NCBI RefSeq assembly: GCF_964194025.1
Contig: NC_134470.1
Coordinates: forward strand, 55,118,001 to 55,182,000
Reading direction: 5' to 3'
DNA from: Convolutriloba macropyga
Lineage: Eukaryota
DNA length: 64,000 nt
The notes under the pieces were generated by a model, which saw only the letters and a list, made by a program, of their open reading frames with translations, was not told the DNA's origin and ran no database searches. Below, in pieces: positions 36,318-47,758 of the stretch (position 1 is its first letter; each line of letters opens with the position of its first letter). Both the position numbers and the translations under genes were made by a program.

Positions 36318-37721
36318 ATTGCTCTCAAACGAAGTTTGTAGCAATTATATTAGTCCTGTCGGTCTTTTTTTTATTAATGCGATTTTTCGTTTGACCGACT
36401 TTTCGTCTCACGCTTTTGAATTTCCGTCATAAAAAAGGGATAAACAGGTAGCGCTCAGTGGGCATTAAGTGTTCTTAGAGCTTTTCAGCTCTGTTTCAGC
36501 TCAAACTGTTTTGGAGACTTTATACTTATGGTGTGAAGGGCGGTTCTTAGAGGTTGAAGAGACCCCCAATATTGACCCCCAACTATTGCCCCCACCTCCA
36601 CCACCGCTATTACCCCCCACCCCACTGTTGCCCCCATCAGCCCTCGATGCACCCCTCCACCCAAAATTTTTGACTTTTAATGTTTATTCGCATTAGGTTT
36701 CAGATAACCTCCTCTAGGTTTTAATAATAGGTTACTGCTTAGTTTTTAGTGGTAACGGAATGGTTTGAACTTTTTAACATCACGAATTTTTGCATTTTTT
36801 TTGACAAAACGTGCATTTTTTCAAATTTTTTGACATCGATTTTTTTCCTTATTCAGGTCTCTCCGGACCCAGGAACCAGAAAACATCCTAAGGGGTTTGG
36901 TAATAAGTTACTGACAAATTTTTATTGGCCATGGAATAGTTTCTCAACTTTTTAATTTCACAAATTTTAGCAATTTTTTAATAAAACCTGCTGACAACAA
37001 TAAAACTTGTTTTTAATAAAACAACGATTTTTAATAAAATTTTCGTTGTTTTTTAGGTTTTTTCACCTCAAGAGCCAAGGAACCTCTTGTAGGGTTTGAA
37101 AATAGATTACTGTATAATTTCAAGATGTAATGGAATATCTTGCAAGATTTTAACATCACCAATTTTAGTTTTTTTTTTTGACATTTTTGCCATTTTTTTT
37201 AAATTTTTTGACATAGTCATTATTCAGGTTTTCTGTGCCTCAGGGGTTTGATAATAAGTTACTGGCAAATTTTTGTTGGTCGCGGATTAATTTTCACAAG
37301 TTTTACCAATTTTTTTTTAGAACTTGCTATTTTTTTTGAGTTTTTTTGCAATTTTTTGTCATTTTTTAGGTTTCTCTAGCCTCAAGAGCCACGCAACTTC
37401 CTCTAGAGTTTGATAATATGTTACTGCATGGTTTGTAGATATACTGGAATGTTCTTAAAGTTTAAATATCACAAATTTAAGCAATTTTTTAAAATATTGC
37501 AATTTTTTCATGTTTTTGAATTTTTACTGGATTTGATCCCACCCGCCCACTGCCCCCACATCAGTCCCCCAATCCACTTTTGCACCCACGCTGGGGTGCA
37601 GCCCCTTACGCCCCTTCAATTAATCTAAAGCTGGCCTCGCTAAAACGTGGCTTGCTACTGACGAAGCCAACCGCTCGCCGGTCGTTTGAGAGCAATTAGC
37701 CCGACGTTAGTCGGTTATGTT
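36318..37721 (+). mobile_element. Family A long element (complete, 1.4 kb) with an internal tandem array
   Basis: ATTGCTCTCAAACGAAGTTTGTAGCAATT ... GTCGTTTGAGAGCAATT, CCGACGTTAGTCGG, TTATGTT; array anchors at about 36708, 36883, 37083, 37237 and 37397. Confidence 0.8.
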
Positions 37722-38809
37722 AAGTTTTTAAATTTATGAATCATGCCTTCGATTCCTCTTTTTTGGTATGAGGTTTTCTTTTTATGAAACTGTTTATATT
37801 TGGTAGTTTTTTTCCATTTGAGGTTGACAAACAAAATTAACTTGCTTTTATTCTTTTCGAGTTTTCTTTTTTTTTCAAAATTATCAATTTGCGGTTTTCC
37901 TATCTTTCAACTCTTGGTCTGTTACGTCCTGAGTCTTGTTTTTGGTACTTTTTTGTTTCCTTTAATGTTTATTATCTCTGTAATTTTCGTTATTTTATTT
38001 ATTGAAATTTTAGGTTTCAGTCTTTTTGTTGTATTTCGTTTTTTTTTATTAATTTAGGACCTTGGATGATGTTAGACGTTTTTAGACTTGAAGTATTTAA
38101 GTTAACTATGGCGAGGGGAAAGCCGTTATTTCTCGGACAAAAAGATTTGTTTTTGGCTTCAATTACTGTTATTTTTGATTTCAAATTCAATTTTTGAGCA
38201 ATCACTTTTTTTGTTCGTAATTTGTTAAAGATGATTCAATTTGCAGTTTTTTTGTCAGTTTCCCATTCGGATTTTTGTCGGAGAAAGCAATCGTTTTTTA
38301 TATTTTTTATAAGAAGCTGATTATTTTTGAGGGCTGCTATGATGATTTTTCACTTGTTGTGATCCTAGGGGTTTAATGCTTCCATTTATTGCGTCTTCTT
38401 TATGTTGCGTTATAGTTCGCTCAATTTGCATGCGGCATGGTAGCTTGTAGCAAAAGGCAATTTGAAGCAAAAGGTTATCTAAAGCTCGAAGAAAATACAT
38501 AAACGTTCTAGAACATCGGAAAACAGGCAATGAATCAGTTGAACGCAACACTGGCGAACAAATAATGCTTAAAAAAAGTCGAATGAGATCCTTTATGCAA
38601 CATATCAATGCAGAAAGTATATGATGACAGATTGAGTAAGAAAGTAAAAATTAATAGAAAGTTATCGTGTTTTATTCAGGGCCAACATTTTTCCAGTTTG
38701 ATCAAAGTTTTTGGTTACGATTAATTAAAATCTGATAATTGTTCTGAATGGTTCATTGGTTCTAATGAATTTCTTTTTATTAGCTTGCTTTTTGCACCTT
38801 ATTTCTTGA

Positions 38810-40130
38810 TACGCAGCAATGGCTCAACATCAGGTTATTTACAATCCAAAGTTTTTGGATTGTATTGGTCTGCCTTCTTTTTTAAACATGTATTCACGCA
38901 TTTTTCTGACTTTTACCTTTCGAAACGGAATAAACAGGTAAAGCGCGTCGCGCATTAAGTTGCAATAGAGGCCCTCAGCTGACTTAACTAGTCTTTAAGG
39001 TGATTAATGTACTGAAGTTGCTGGGAACGTCTAAATTTAAGTTAAAATGTCACTTTTGAAGTTTATGACCACAAAATTGTGCTGTTTTGTCTTTCGTTAA
39101 AGAGATTTGTTGAGATTTTTCTGAAAAAGGACTTCAATTGATATTTTCTTAAGCTCCCAGCAACCTTTTGCGAGCTAGAAATGCTCTTCATAACTGTTTG
39201 AGGTATATATTTTGGTAATGCAAGATGAATTCCAAAAAGTTGAAGTAATTTTGCATTTTTTTGAAATTTTTCTTTGAGTTTTTCGATCACTACGATCCAA
39301 TGAATCGTTTTTAGGGCTTTAAATTGGGTTACTGGATATTTTTTAGTTCCAATGGAATGGTTTTCAGAATGTTAGTATCACAAATTTTTGATAAGATTTG
39401 CAGTTTTTGAAATTTTGTTATTTTTAGAGTTTGGTCAGACTCAGGGGCTACGTAGCCTCCTCTAGGGTTTATTAATAGGTTTTTGCTTAGTTTCTGGTGG
39501 CATTGGAATTGGTTTTCAACCTTAAAATACCAAGAATCTAGCAATTTTTGATAAAGTTTTCGATTACTGGATTTGGTTACTGGATAGGTTCTGGAGAAAA
39601 GGTAGGGGTTCTGAAGAAATTAACGTCACCAATTTTAGCAAGATTTCAAGAAAATTTGAGATTAAAATTTTTTGGAATTTTTTGTCATTTTCAGAGTTTA
39701 TCGATATTTAAGGGGCAGATGGTTTACTAGACTTGTTCAACAGGCCAAAAAATAGTTTCGTATATTCTAATATCGTAAAATTTAGAATTTTTCAATAAAT
39801 TGTGCCATTTGCATTTTTTTGAAAAACTATTTGTATTTCTCGAGATTTTCTATCTTCAGTGGCCAATAAACCCCTTTCTAAGCTGGTGCGTGGTTTAATG
39901 TGTTTTTTTTTGGATCAATTTTGACCTTCGGGTTAAAAGGTTCAAAAAGTTTTAGCAATGATTATATTTATGTTTAGTTTGTTTGATTATATTAGTTTCT
40001 CTAAACTTTTGAGACTTTTTGGCTGGCATTTGAATTCATCTGATGGTCAGATAGTTATTCTAAATTTTTTATTCGTCTTTGGATTGTGTTTCAGGACTTG
40101 TCCCGCTGTTTTTTTCAAATCGCACACTCA
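38810..40130 (+). mobile_element. Degenerate family B-like long element with tandem-array units
   Basis: Collinear with 13818-15300: TTACAATCCAAAG..TTGTATTGG, AAACGGAATAAACAGGT..GCATTAAG, CCTCCTCTAGGGTTTATTAATAGG, TTTCAGGACTTGTCC. Confidence 0.55.
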
Positions 40131-40269
40131 CACGAGCTGCCTGGTTTAACTATTTGAGTTCCTAAATTTTGATAACATCCATGATTTGCGAAGGCTAATT
40201 TTCTCGCATGGTCATAATAGACAATTTGAGTTGTGTAAAATTTAATTTCAGTTTTTGTTGATATTCGCG

Positions 40270-43213
40270 ATGCTTAGTAGACCACCAGATCAAACAACAC
40301 GCGCATTTACTACTGCGGAAATGGCCCAGATTGCCTCTGACACTAATCAGTTCACAGACTGTATGCAGAACCTAAATTATCAGTTACAGCCAAAAATCTC
40401 TGCATGTCTCAGTTTGGATGCGGGGTCACAAGAGTTCATTCGTACGCTTACGTCGTCACAGTCACGTGATCAATGTAAACATGGCGGCGATCATTCCAAC
40501 TCAGATACAGATGACGAAGAATCGTATGAAAGTGCACTTCAAAATTTGCACCAGAATTTAGACGAAAAAGTAGCAATCGCGAAGAGAATGCTTCAAATAG
40601 CTAGAGAAAAATCCTCTGAAATGCAGCAAATTTTGACCAATGTTAAAACGTTACAAGATAGAGCAAAAAGCAGTGGTCATTTTGCATCTGTTGAAACGGC
40701 GGTAGCCTCCACAACACTCAAGCCATCAATTGATAGTACGATTGGCAACCAAAGGCTTCAGGTTAATCCAAATGTCATTTATGAAACGAAATCTAAATCA
40801 AGTCATCGAGCGGTTGCGAAGCCTAAAGACAGCTCAAGGTCAATTTCTCAGTCGCGCGCAGTTAAGAACAAAATCAAGAAGCTGAAAAATTCCAAATCAA
40901 GAGTCAAAGTGTCGAAGCAGTCATTGCAATCTGGTATTGCAGACGAAGTTCTGAAATTACAAAACAATTCAGGTTCCAAATCTAAGAAAAAGCCACCAAT
41001 TGCTAAATGTAAAGCAAACGTTGATGCATCTAACAACAAAAAGACAAACTCAGGAATTAAGCAAGAGGCTGAAATCGACGTGGATTTATCGAAGGGTTTA
41101 GCTGATTCGGACGAGACCGTCGGAGCCGAGGTTTGTTCTGAAGAACCAATGCAGGTCGTCGAAAGTAGTAAACCGGAACCTGACGTTAAACCTGAAGATG
41201 CAGATAAGGGTTCGAGCGAACAGAGGTCAAATGATGATTCGGACAAAGAATCAAGTGCAGAGACGAGTTCTTCCAAAGTTCCTGGACAGGCGGGCAATAC
41301 TAGCAGTTGTAATTCAAATTCGCAAAGTAACGGAGGAAATGGTAGTGTCAAATCGCCTTCAAAGCAGTTGACAAAGAGCTATTGTGTGTGCAAGGAACCC
41401 TTCAATAGCGACATGGTTGCATGTGATAATCGACACTGTAAGATTGAGTGGTTCCACTTCAGGTGAGGCGAAAAAATTCTTACTAAAATCGTGGTCGTTC
41501 TTATGAACAAAATGTTCCAACATAGAATCGCTATAAATAAAACAAGGAATCAGATAGATCGCTTAACATCAATGTTACTTGGTGAAGAATAGTAATTTTG
41601 GGCGTTTATGCTTGTACCACGCTAGAAGAGTCTTATTGACGCTTATTTGTCTATTAATCCTTCTTAAATTTCTCTCCACACCTGCTCGTCTTTTTGTGAG
41701 ATTTTTTGCTCTACTGTTTTTTAATTGCTCGCGTAGAGAAGCAATTATTATAAACGTGTGTGTCTTTTTTATGCAAAATTTTCACCTGACCGTTTTGACT
41801 TTTCGAGTGAATTTTAAGCCCTTGACTTTTTGCGTTTTGCTTGATCTAAAATTCCCTTTCAATCACAATATCAAGCAGCTGAGCTCAATTGGCGGCAAGT
41901 TAAAACCAAAGGTCAAATGAAAAGTGCGCCGAAACTGGTGCCATTTTTCACTTTAAATCTTAATAGTATATATTAAACTCTAATGTGGTTATTTAAAGCA
42001 CACTATTGAGCTTCTTAGTCCCATTTAAGCTCTCCCCTCGACGGAAGCAGGCTGCAATTGATTAGAGCTCCCACTAGTTGTACGAGAGCAATTCTTCCGA
42101 CGTTTAGTCGGTTATGTTTGTAATACGTTTTTTGCCTGACCACTAAATTTTCCGGCTTGAGAAACGAGATATACTGTTAAAGGCTGCTGAGCAGTTCTCG
42201 TACACCCCTAGACAACAGGTCATGCTTTGAAGGTTGGTTTTTGGAGTTTGAACTCTCAAGCCCCCCCCCCCCCTCCCAGAAGCCCCCTACTCACTGTTAA
42301 ATTTTCGCGATTTAAAGGGAAATTAAGGTGGTTTGAAAACGCCTTTTACCTTTTATGCCCTTTTAGCGTTTTTTGCCACTCTCTTCCCCCCCCCCGAAGC
42401 TTAAGCTAGAAGCTAGATGCTACCAAAATCGGTATCCCACTTTTTCACCCCTATTCATTTAACCCCGATTTATTCACCCCTGTATCATTCAACCCCTCTA
42501 TCTTTTAGCTCCTCTATCATTTCACCCCGATTTTAATCTTTCTATAAAATAAGGATTATTAAATTCGCATTATAATCATTTGGCCATGCTTCGCGGGCCA
42601 TGGCAATGCCTCAGCGGCCCGTGAGACTTGATATAAAACTATCACAACCGAACGTGGGATTATTTTATCCACTTAAGTATGACAAAACATGCCTTTACTG
42701 TCGACTGCTAATTGGCTGGATGAATTGATAGAGGGGTGAAATTATAGAGGGGTTAAATGATAGAGGGGTGAATAAATCGGAGTTAAATGAATAGGGGTGA
42801 AAAGAAGTAGAACCTAAAAATCAACACTCGCTGTCGTTTTAGAGCAATTTATCCGTCGTTTGTCGGTTATGTTTATACAATTGTTCTCTTCTATTGACCG
42901 ATTTTTTTAACCTTTCGTCTAGTGAAAGAGCGAACTAATTAATCACAAAGGCATAATTAAATCGATTCATTTTAGATAAATTCTGCTAAAACAATTTAAT
43001 TTACATCTCATAGAAAAAAAGATGCTTTCAAGTTTGAGCAGATTGTAGAATTTTGCTGCTGCTAGAGACCTTATGATTATTTGTCCATAAATGTCTCGTT
43101 CGTTTTGTAGGTGTGTTGGGTTGACAGATGCGCCCAAAGGCAGATGGTTTTGTATCGAGTGTAGCAAAGGAAGGAATGTTCGACAAACTCCCAGCAGACA
43201 GGCCAAGAAATAG
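40270..43213 (+). CDS. Inhibitor of growth (ING) family PHD-finger protein, 2 exons: 40270-41462, 43111-43213; 431 aa
   Basis: ING-like N-terminus (FTDCMQNLNYQLQ..LD; DEKVAIA) and a Lys/Ser-rich linker. The PHD YCVCKEPFNSDMVACDNRHCKIEWFHFR is spliced (AG|GTGAGG to TTTTGTAG|G) to CVGLTDAPKGRWFCIEC, completing C4HC3; TAG at 43211-43213. Paralog not assignable. Confidence 0.9.
41722..42119 (+). mobile_element. Family A element subtype in the ING intron, close copy of 26113-26524
   Basis: AATTGCTCGCGTA..AGCAATT ... TACGAGAGCAATTCTTCCGACGTTTAGTCGGTTATGTTT. Confidence 0.8.
42431..42814. mobile_element. Foldback/MITE-like element with long inverted arms made of ~15 bp subrepeats, nested in a family A remnant
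   Basis: Left arm TTTTCACCCCTATTCATTTAACCCCGATTTATTCACCCC.. is the near reverse complement of right arm ..GGGGTGAATAAATCGGAGTTAAATGAATAGGGGTGAAAA; family A 3' end resumes at about 42820-42874. Confidence 0.75.
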
Positions 43214-44381
43214 ATAGCTCCTACCTAATGCTGAGCAGGTTAGCATCTAACTTTCAGCATTTGTTAGGTTATATATTAATATAGATCTATTGACAGATAA
43301 TTATGTCAACATTTAAACCGTCTATAATTTGATCAATTCTAACTACCGAATAATATCAGATGTGCAATAGGCTCCAAAAAGGAGATCTAATCGTCATTAA
43401 GGTGTAACTTTTTTAATCTGTATTTTATTGTTTTATTGCTTAGATTTAGTTGTACCAGCTGGCTTTGAAACGTCAGCAGACAATTTCACCCTTAAATGTG
43501 AAAACCTAATTTTTGTTCGGGGCATTTTTACGATTTCAAACGGTTAACCGTAACAGCTCATATCCAGCCACAGAGTTAGATTTAATTTTACTCCAAAAAC
43601 TGGCATGAATATATTTGATTCAACTTGCTTTATTTGTTTTGATAAATTCGGTTCACAGCATACAGTTAATATTCCTATTTCGAACGTTATGTACACTTAG
43701 GCGTTTAAATTTTTAATTCGGTTCATTCCAAAAATGCTCTTTCTGATCAAATATCCCCTCAAATCTGGACTCAAATAAAGCTTATCTAGTCTTTGTTTAA
43801 GAAGCACGTTTTTATTCAGCACAGGTATGCATAACTTGTTGCTTTTATTTTCTAATCAACAGATGAAATTGAATTTTTGTGGTAAATGAGACCCAAATTT
43901 GTCTATAATAATAGTCCAGATATAATGCATACATGGACCGTGATTAATTTTATATTGTATGTTCAGCACGTTTTCATTCACCAGAAAAATCCATTTTTTG
44001 CCTTTTTTGTTTTAGAAGCAACAGATGAAATGTTCGTTTGTTATTTGTCGTCGACTACACGAGAAAGTAAAACGTGAACAACTTCACGAGTCGATTTTGC
44101 TCAGTTATAGTGCAGTGCGAAAACTTGTTTAAAATTTACGCTGGTCGTTTTTTGATCCGATGTTCGTAAAATGGCTTTCTGTAGCCTGACTTGTAGTTTT
44201 GGCCAAAAACCAGCAAAGTCACGTTGTTTGAATTTTACTCTATTCAGTTCACTCTAATGGTGTTATAACAATTATTATTAATGTTACTTTACTCTCCAAA
44301 CTGGTCTTATTTCTTCTGGTCTTTCGAAGAATACTTTTTCTGAAGTTTTTGGTGCAGAAATTTAACAATTGGAAAGTAAAA

Positions 44382-45839
44382 ATGATCGCTCCAATTCAAG
44401 ACTTAGCGGCGCACTTGCTCGAAAGCGTGTTCAATTATTCTTCAACTAAAGATGTCTTATCTTTTTCGCAAACTGGTATCGTTTCTCAGGAACGCGTACC
44501 TCAGATGATAATGCGTTGGAACATTCCTTTGGTCATCAATGCAAATCCTGCGGACTATGACGAAATTCCCGTAAACTGGGAGATTGTTCAGAAATTTCTG
44601 GATAGTATTGAGCAGAATCCTCTTTGGAGACCTTCGGCTTTGTCTTTGAAATATGTGCTATCCGAAATAATCGATCTGAACTTTTCCTTGACCCCTTTTG
44701 AAAAGTTGAAAGAGCTGTGGATCTGGGACGTCTCATCAATCAAAACAGTAAATATAGAAATTGACGCTGGGAATATCCCGCGAGATCTCGGAAATCTAGG
44801 AACCAACCAGGTGCTGAATTTGACTCATGTCGTCAAATCGTTTCCAGAACTTAAAATGCTGAAAGTTGCGCTGAGAAACGCTGATGGCACGTTCATGCTT
44901 AACTTCAAATGTACTTTGACTAATGAAGAATTGACTAACCTTGAAGAACCTCTGTGGTTCCACCTGATAAAGTTTCACTCGGAGAAACTTAAAATTGACG
45001 ACAGCTTCGCTGATTCTCTTGCGCGATTTTGTCCAGAATTGCAATGCGTTGAGATCAACGGCGAACATTTCTCGACATTCTACGGGTCCGATCGGAAAGT
45101 GGAAATATTTTCGCAATTGACAAGTATAAAGAAAATCAAATTGTCATCATGGTACGACGAGTTTTTCTCACGTGATGAGCTATCAAAGATGAAAGGCGTA
45201 GCCCAACTATCAGTCCGCTTGGACACTGTCACATGTGTGAACAGACTTCTGGCCAGCTGTCCGAACTTGGAAACTTTAGCTGTGACCGGATCCAATGTCC
45301 TAAAACATCCCAAAGTGACCTTGACATCGGATTCTTCGCTAAAATGGGATTTCGAGAGCCTTGAGTTCCTTCGACTCATTGAGTTCCCGGTTTCCAACTA
45401 CGATTTCGTCAAAGGACTCAAAAATTTGAAGAGCCTGAGTCTAAAATGGATGTCAAATGAGCAAGCAGAAACTCAGTTGATTTACCTGGCCAAATGTCTT
45501 GAAGCGAACTCTGAAAAATTTGTTTGGCCTCTTGAAAATGTGATAATTGAGATGCATCTAGATGCCGATTTAATGTCGTCTAAGCTGAAGAGAAAGCTTC
45601 GGAAAAGTTTAGATGACTTGATGAGAAGCATAACTAAGTCTCTAGTCAATCTCCGAATACTCGTAGTTGAAGTAAAGGACGATGGTCGATTCCTCGACCT
45701 GGTCACAAGTTCAGAACTGATTTCATCGGAACTAGGCTTCTTCCGAGTTAATGAGAACATCCACCGAGAATGCTCTTCCAACAAAGTGTGGAACACAATT
45801 CAAGAACTGGAGGAACGTGATTGCAGTGTTAAATTCTAG
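44382..45839 (+). CDS. Intronless F-box/leucine-rich-repeat-like protein, 485 aa
   Basis: Uninterrupted 1.46 kb ORF in otherwise stop-rich DNA. N-terminal IQDLAAHLLESVFNYSSTKDVLSFSQT resembles a degenerate F-box; RNI-like LRR motifs FEKLKELWI, FPELKMLKV, CPELQCVEI, CPNLETLAV, LKNLKSLSL, LVNLRILVV. Confidence 0.8.
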   Translation: MIAPIQDLAAHLLESVFNYSSTKDVLSFSQTGIVSQERVPQMIMRWNIPLVINANPADYDEIPVNWEIVQKFLDSIEQNPLWRPSALSLKYVLSEIIDLNFSLTPFEKLKELWIWDVSSIKTVNIEIDAGNIPRDLGNLGTNQVLNLTHVVKSFPELKMLKVALRNADGTFMLNFKCTLTNEELTNLEEPLWFHLIKFHSEKLKIDDSFADSLARFCPELQCVEINGEHFSTFYGSDRKVEIFSQLTSIKKIKLSSWYDEFFSRDELSKMKGVAQLSVRLDTVTCVNRLLASCPNLETLAVTGSNVLKHPKVTLTSDSSLKWDFESLEFLRLIEFPVSNYDFVKGLKNLKSLSLKWMSNEQAETQLIYLAKCLEANSEKFVWPLENVIIEMHLDADLMSSKLKRKLRKSLDDLMRSITKSLVNLRILVVEVKDDGRFLDLVTSSELISSELGFFRVNENIHRECSSNKVWNTIQELEERDCSVKF

Positions 45840-47758
45840 AAAAGGCCAAATTTATTCTAATGAGTTCAGAAATCCTGCTCAATTTGTGTAACCTCATTCT
45901 GTTTCTCGATAATTAAGCAATTGATAGTTTTAGTTCAGTTGATTTGAATTAGCTTTAGTGTAGTAATCTGTAAATTTGTTCTTAGTTCTGTTATGTAGTT
46001 CTGTTGATTTTGGTTCCATTTCTGTGAAGAATAATTTAGCAGTTTTGATTCCAGATTTTTAAAAAAAATGAGAACTTTTTGCGAGCCACATTTTTTGTTG
46101 CGATTTTTTTTTACTTCTTTGAAGGCATCCGAGACTAACATATGTGGTATGAAATTAGAACTCCCTGCGTAAAGATTTTCACTACAAAGAAATTTTCAAA
46201 AAGTTATTGTATGGAAAAATTTTAATCAAATTATGGCAGCATGTAAGTGTCGATTATTTTCATTTGGTCTAAATTCTAGCGAAATTTGATAGAAATTTGT
46301 TTTTTTTTGGATGATGAAAGGCAAGTAACGGCTTTTCCAACGGTATCCCAGACCAATTATTATGTCTCCTTCCTAACGCTGTCTGTGTCTATAATTAAAA
46401 TATATCAAGAAGGGCGATAAAAAAGCAAGCTTCAGCAGCGTGTCACGTCGATTCAATTCTGAACTTAAGTATAATTTTCTAAAAAGTGTTCTTAGTTCGA
46501 TCATTTCATAATTGGTGTTTTGTCTGAGGGTCTCTCAGAACAAAACGTATGTTATCATTCTAGAAAAGTCACTATATAAAATTCAAAGATAATAAGGGTT
46601 TGATTTTTTCGGAAAAAAAATTGAGACAAGATTTCGGTCACTTTTGGCCAATGTGATCGCTTTTCAAATTATATAACAACTTTTTCAGCTGGTTTTGATT
46701 ATTTCTCGAGTTCTTGTGAAGCAAAACGAAAATATCACTTACCTTTTCTTAAATGATATAACTCAACTAATTGAACTAATTGCGCATCACGTACTTCTCT
46801 TCTCAACCTTGAGACCCGAAAAGAATCACTACAAAAAAACATTTTTGAAATTTTTTAAAGGTCAACGTTGATTCCGTTTTTTGTGCAAGTTTATATTTCG
46901 TCAACCAGTGCTGAGAACTACCAGTTTCAATTGTTATAAGTAGTGTCATCTACTCAGTCGGCTATTATAAATCTATTTTTACAATTCATATATTGATTTG
47001 AGCGTCGTCCTTTTTCCCGAGATATTCTCACATGTTTTGATCATTTCGAAATTAGAAGTCAAAATTGTTGCAGTACATGTATCGGAGAACGAGCAGGTTT
47101 AGGTCTTGAACTAATACTTCGGAAGTGAACGAGAGAATAGGTTTTCGCAATTTTTTGACAACTAATTTCAAGGTTTCCTTTTTTCTCTGAGATTTTTAGC
47201 TGCTATTATAAAGTATCATTTAGAGAGGTTTTGATAATTTGAGATTTAATAAGTTGACTTTGACGCCGTTTGTTTTGGTGAAGATACTTTTTAGTAAAGT
47301 TTGTCACTATTTAGTTACTGTTGGCGATAAGTGTGGTTATCAAAAAATGTGGCAGGTGCTATCTGCTTTGTAATGATACAAAATTTCCTTTATCCATAGG
47401 TTCAGTTACATAGTTGAAGCTTTCAATTACATAGACAAAATTCGTTTTCGAAGTATTTCTATATACTTTCTTCTGTCTGGATCTGTTCTCCAGTTTACTC
47501 TTGCTTTGTCCGATTGACGAAATGGCCGTTGTCTTTTTGATAATAGCACTTGTCACTTGTCAATCTATGTTCAGAAAATAAGTTCTCACAAGATTCTAAA
47601 AAATAAATTTTCCAAATTCCAGGCTGCTTCAATTTTTTGCATTGTATTTTAAGTCTCAGTACTTAAAGATCTCTAGTTCTCTCGTTTAACATATTGTTGC
47701 TTCTGTTTCATACTTTTGTCATATACCTAATGATTCTAGCAGTTTTGATAGGTGCTTG

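Noticed and set aside
40848-41351. 167 aa minus-strand ORF and similar antisense ORFs over MAN2C1, PSMA4 and the F-box gene
   Set aside because: Antisense shadows of real coding exons.
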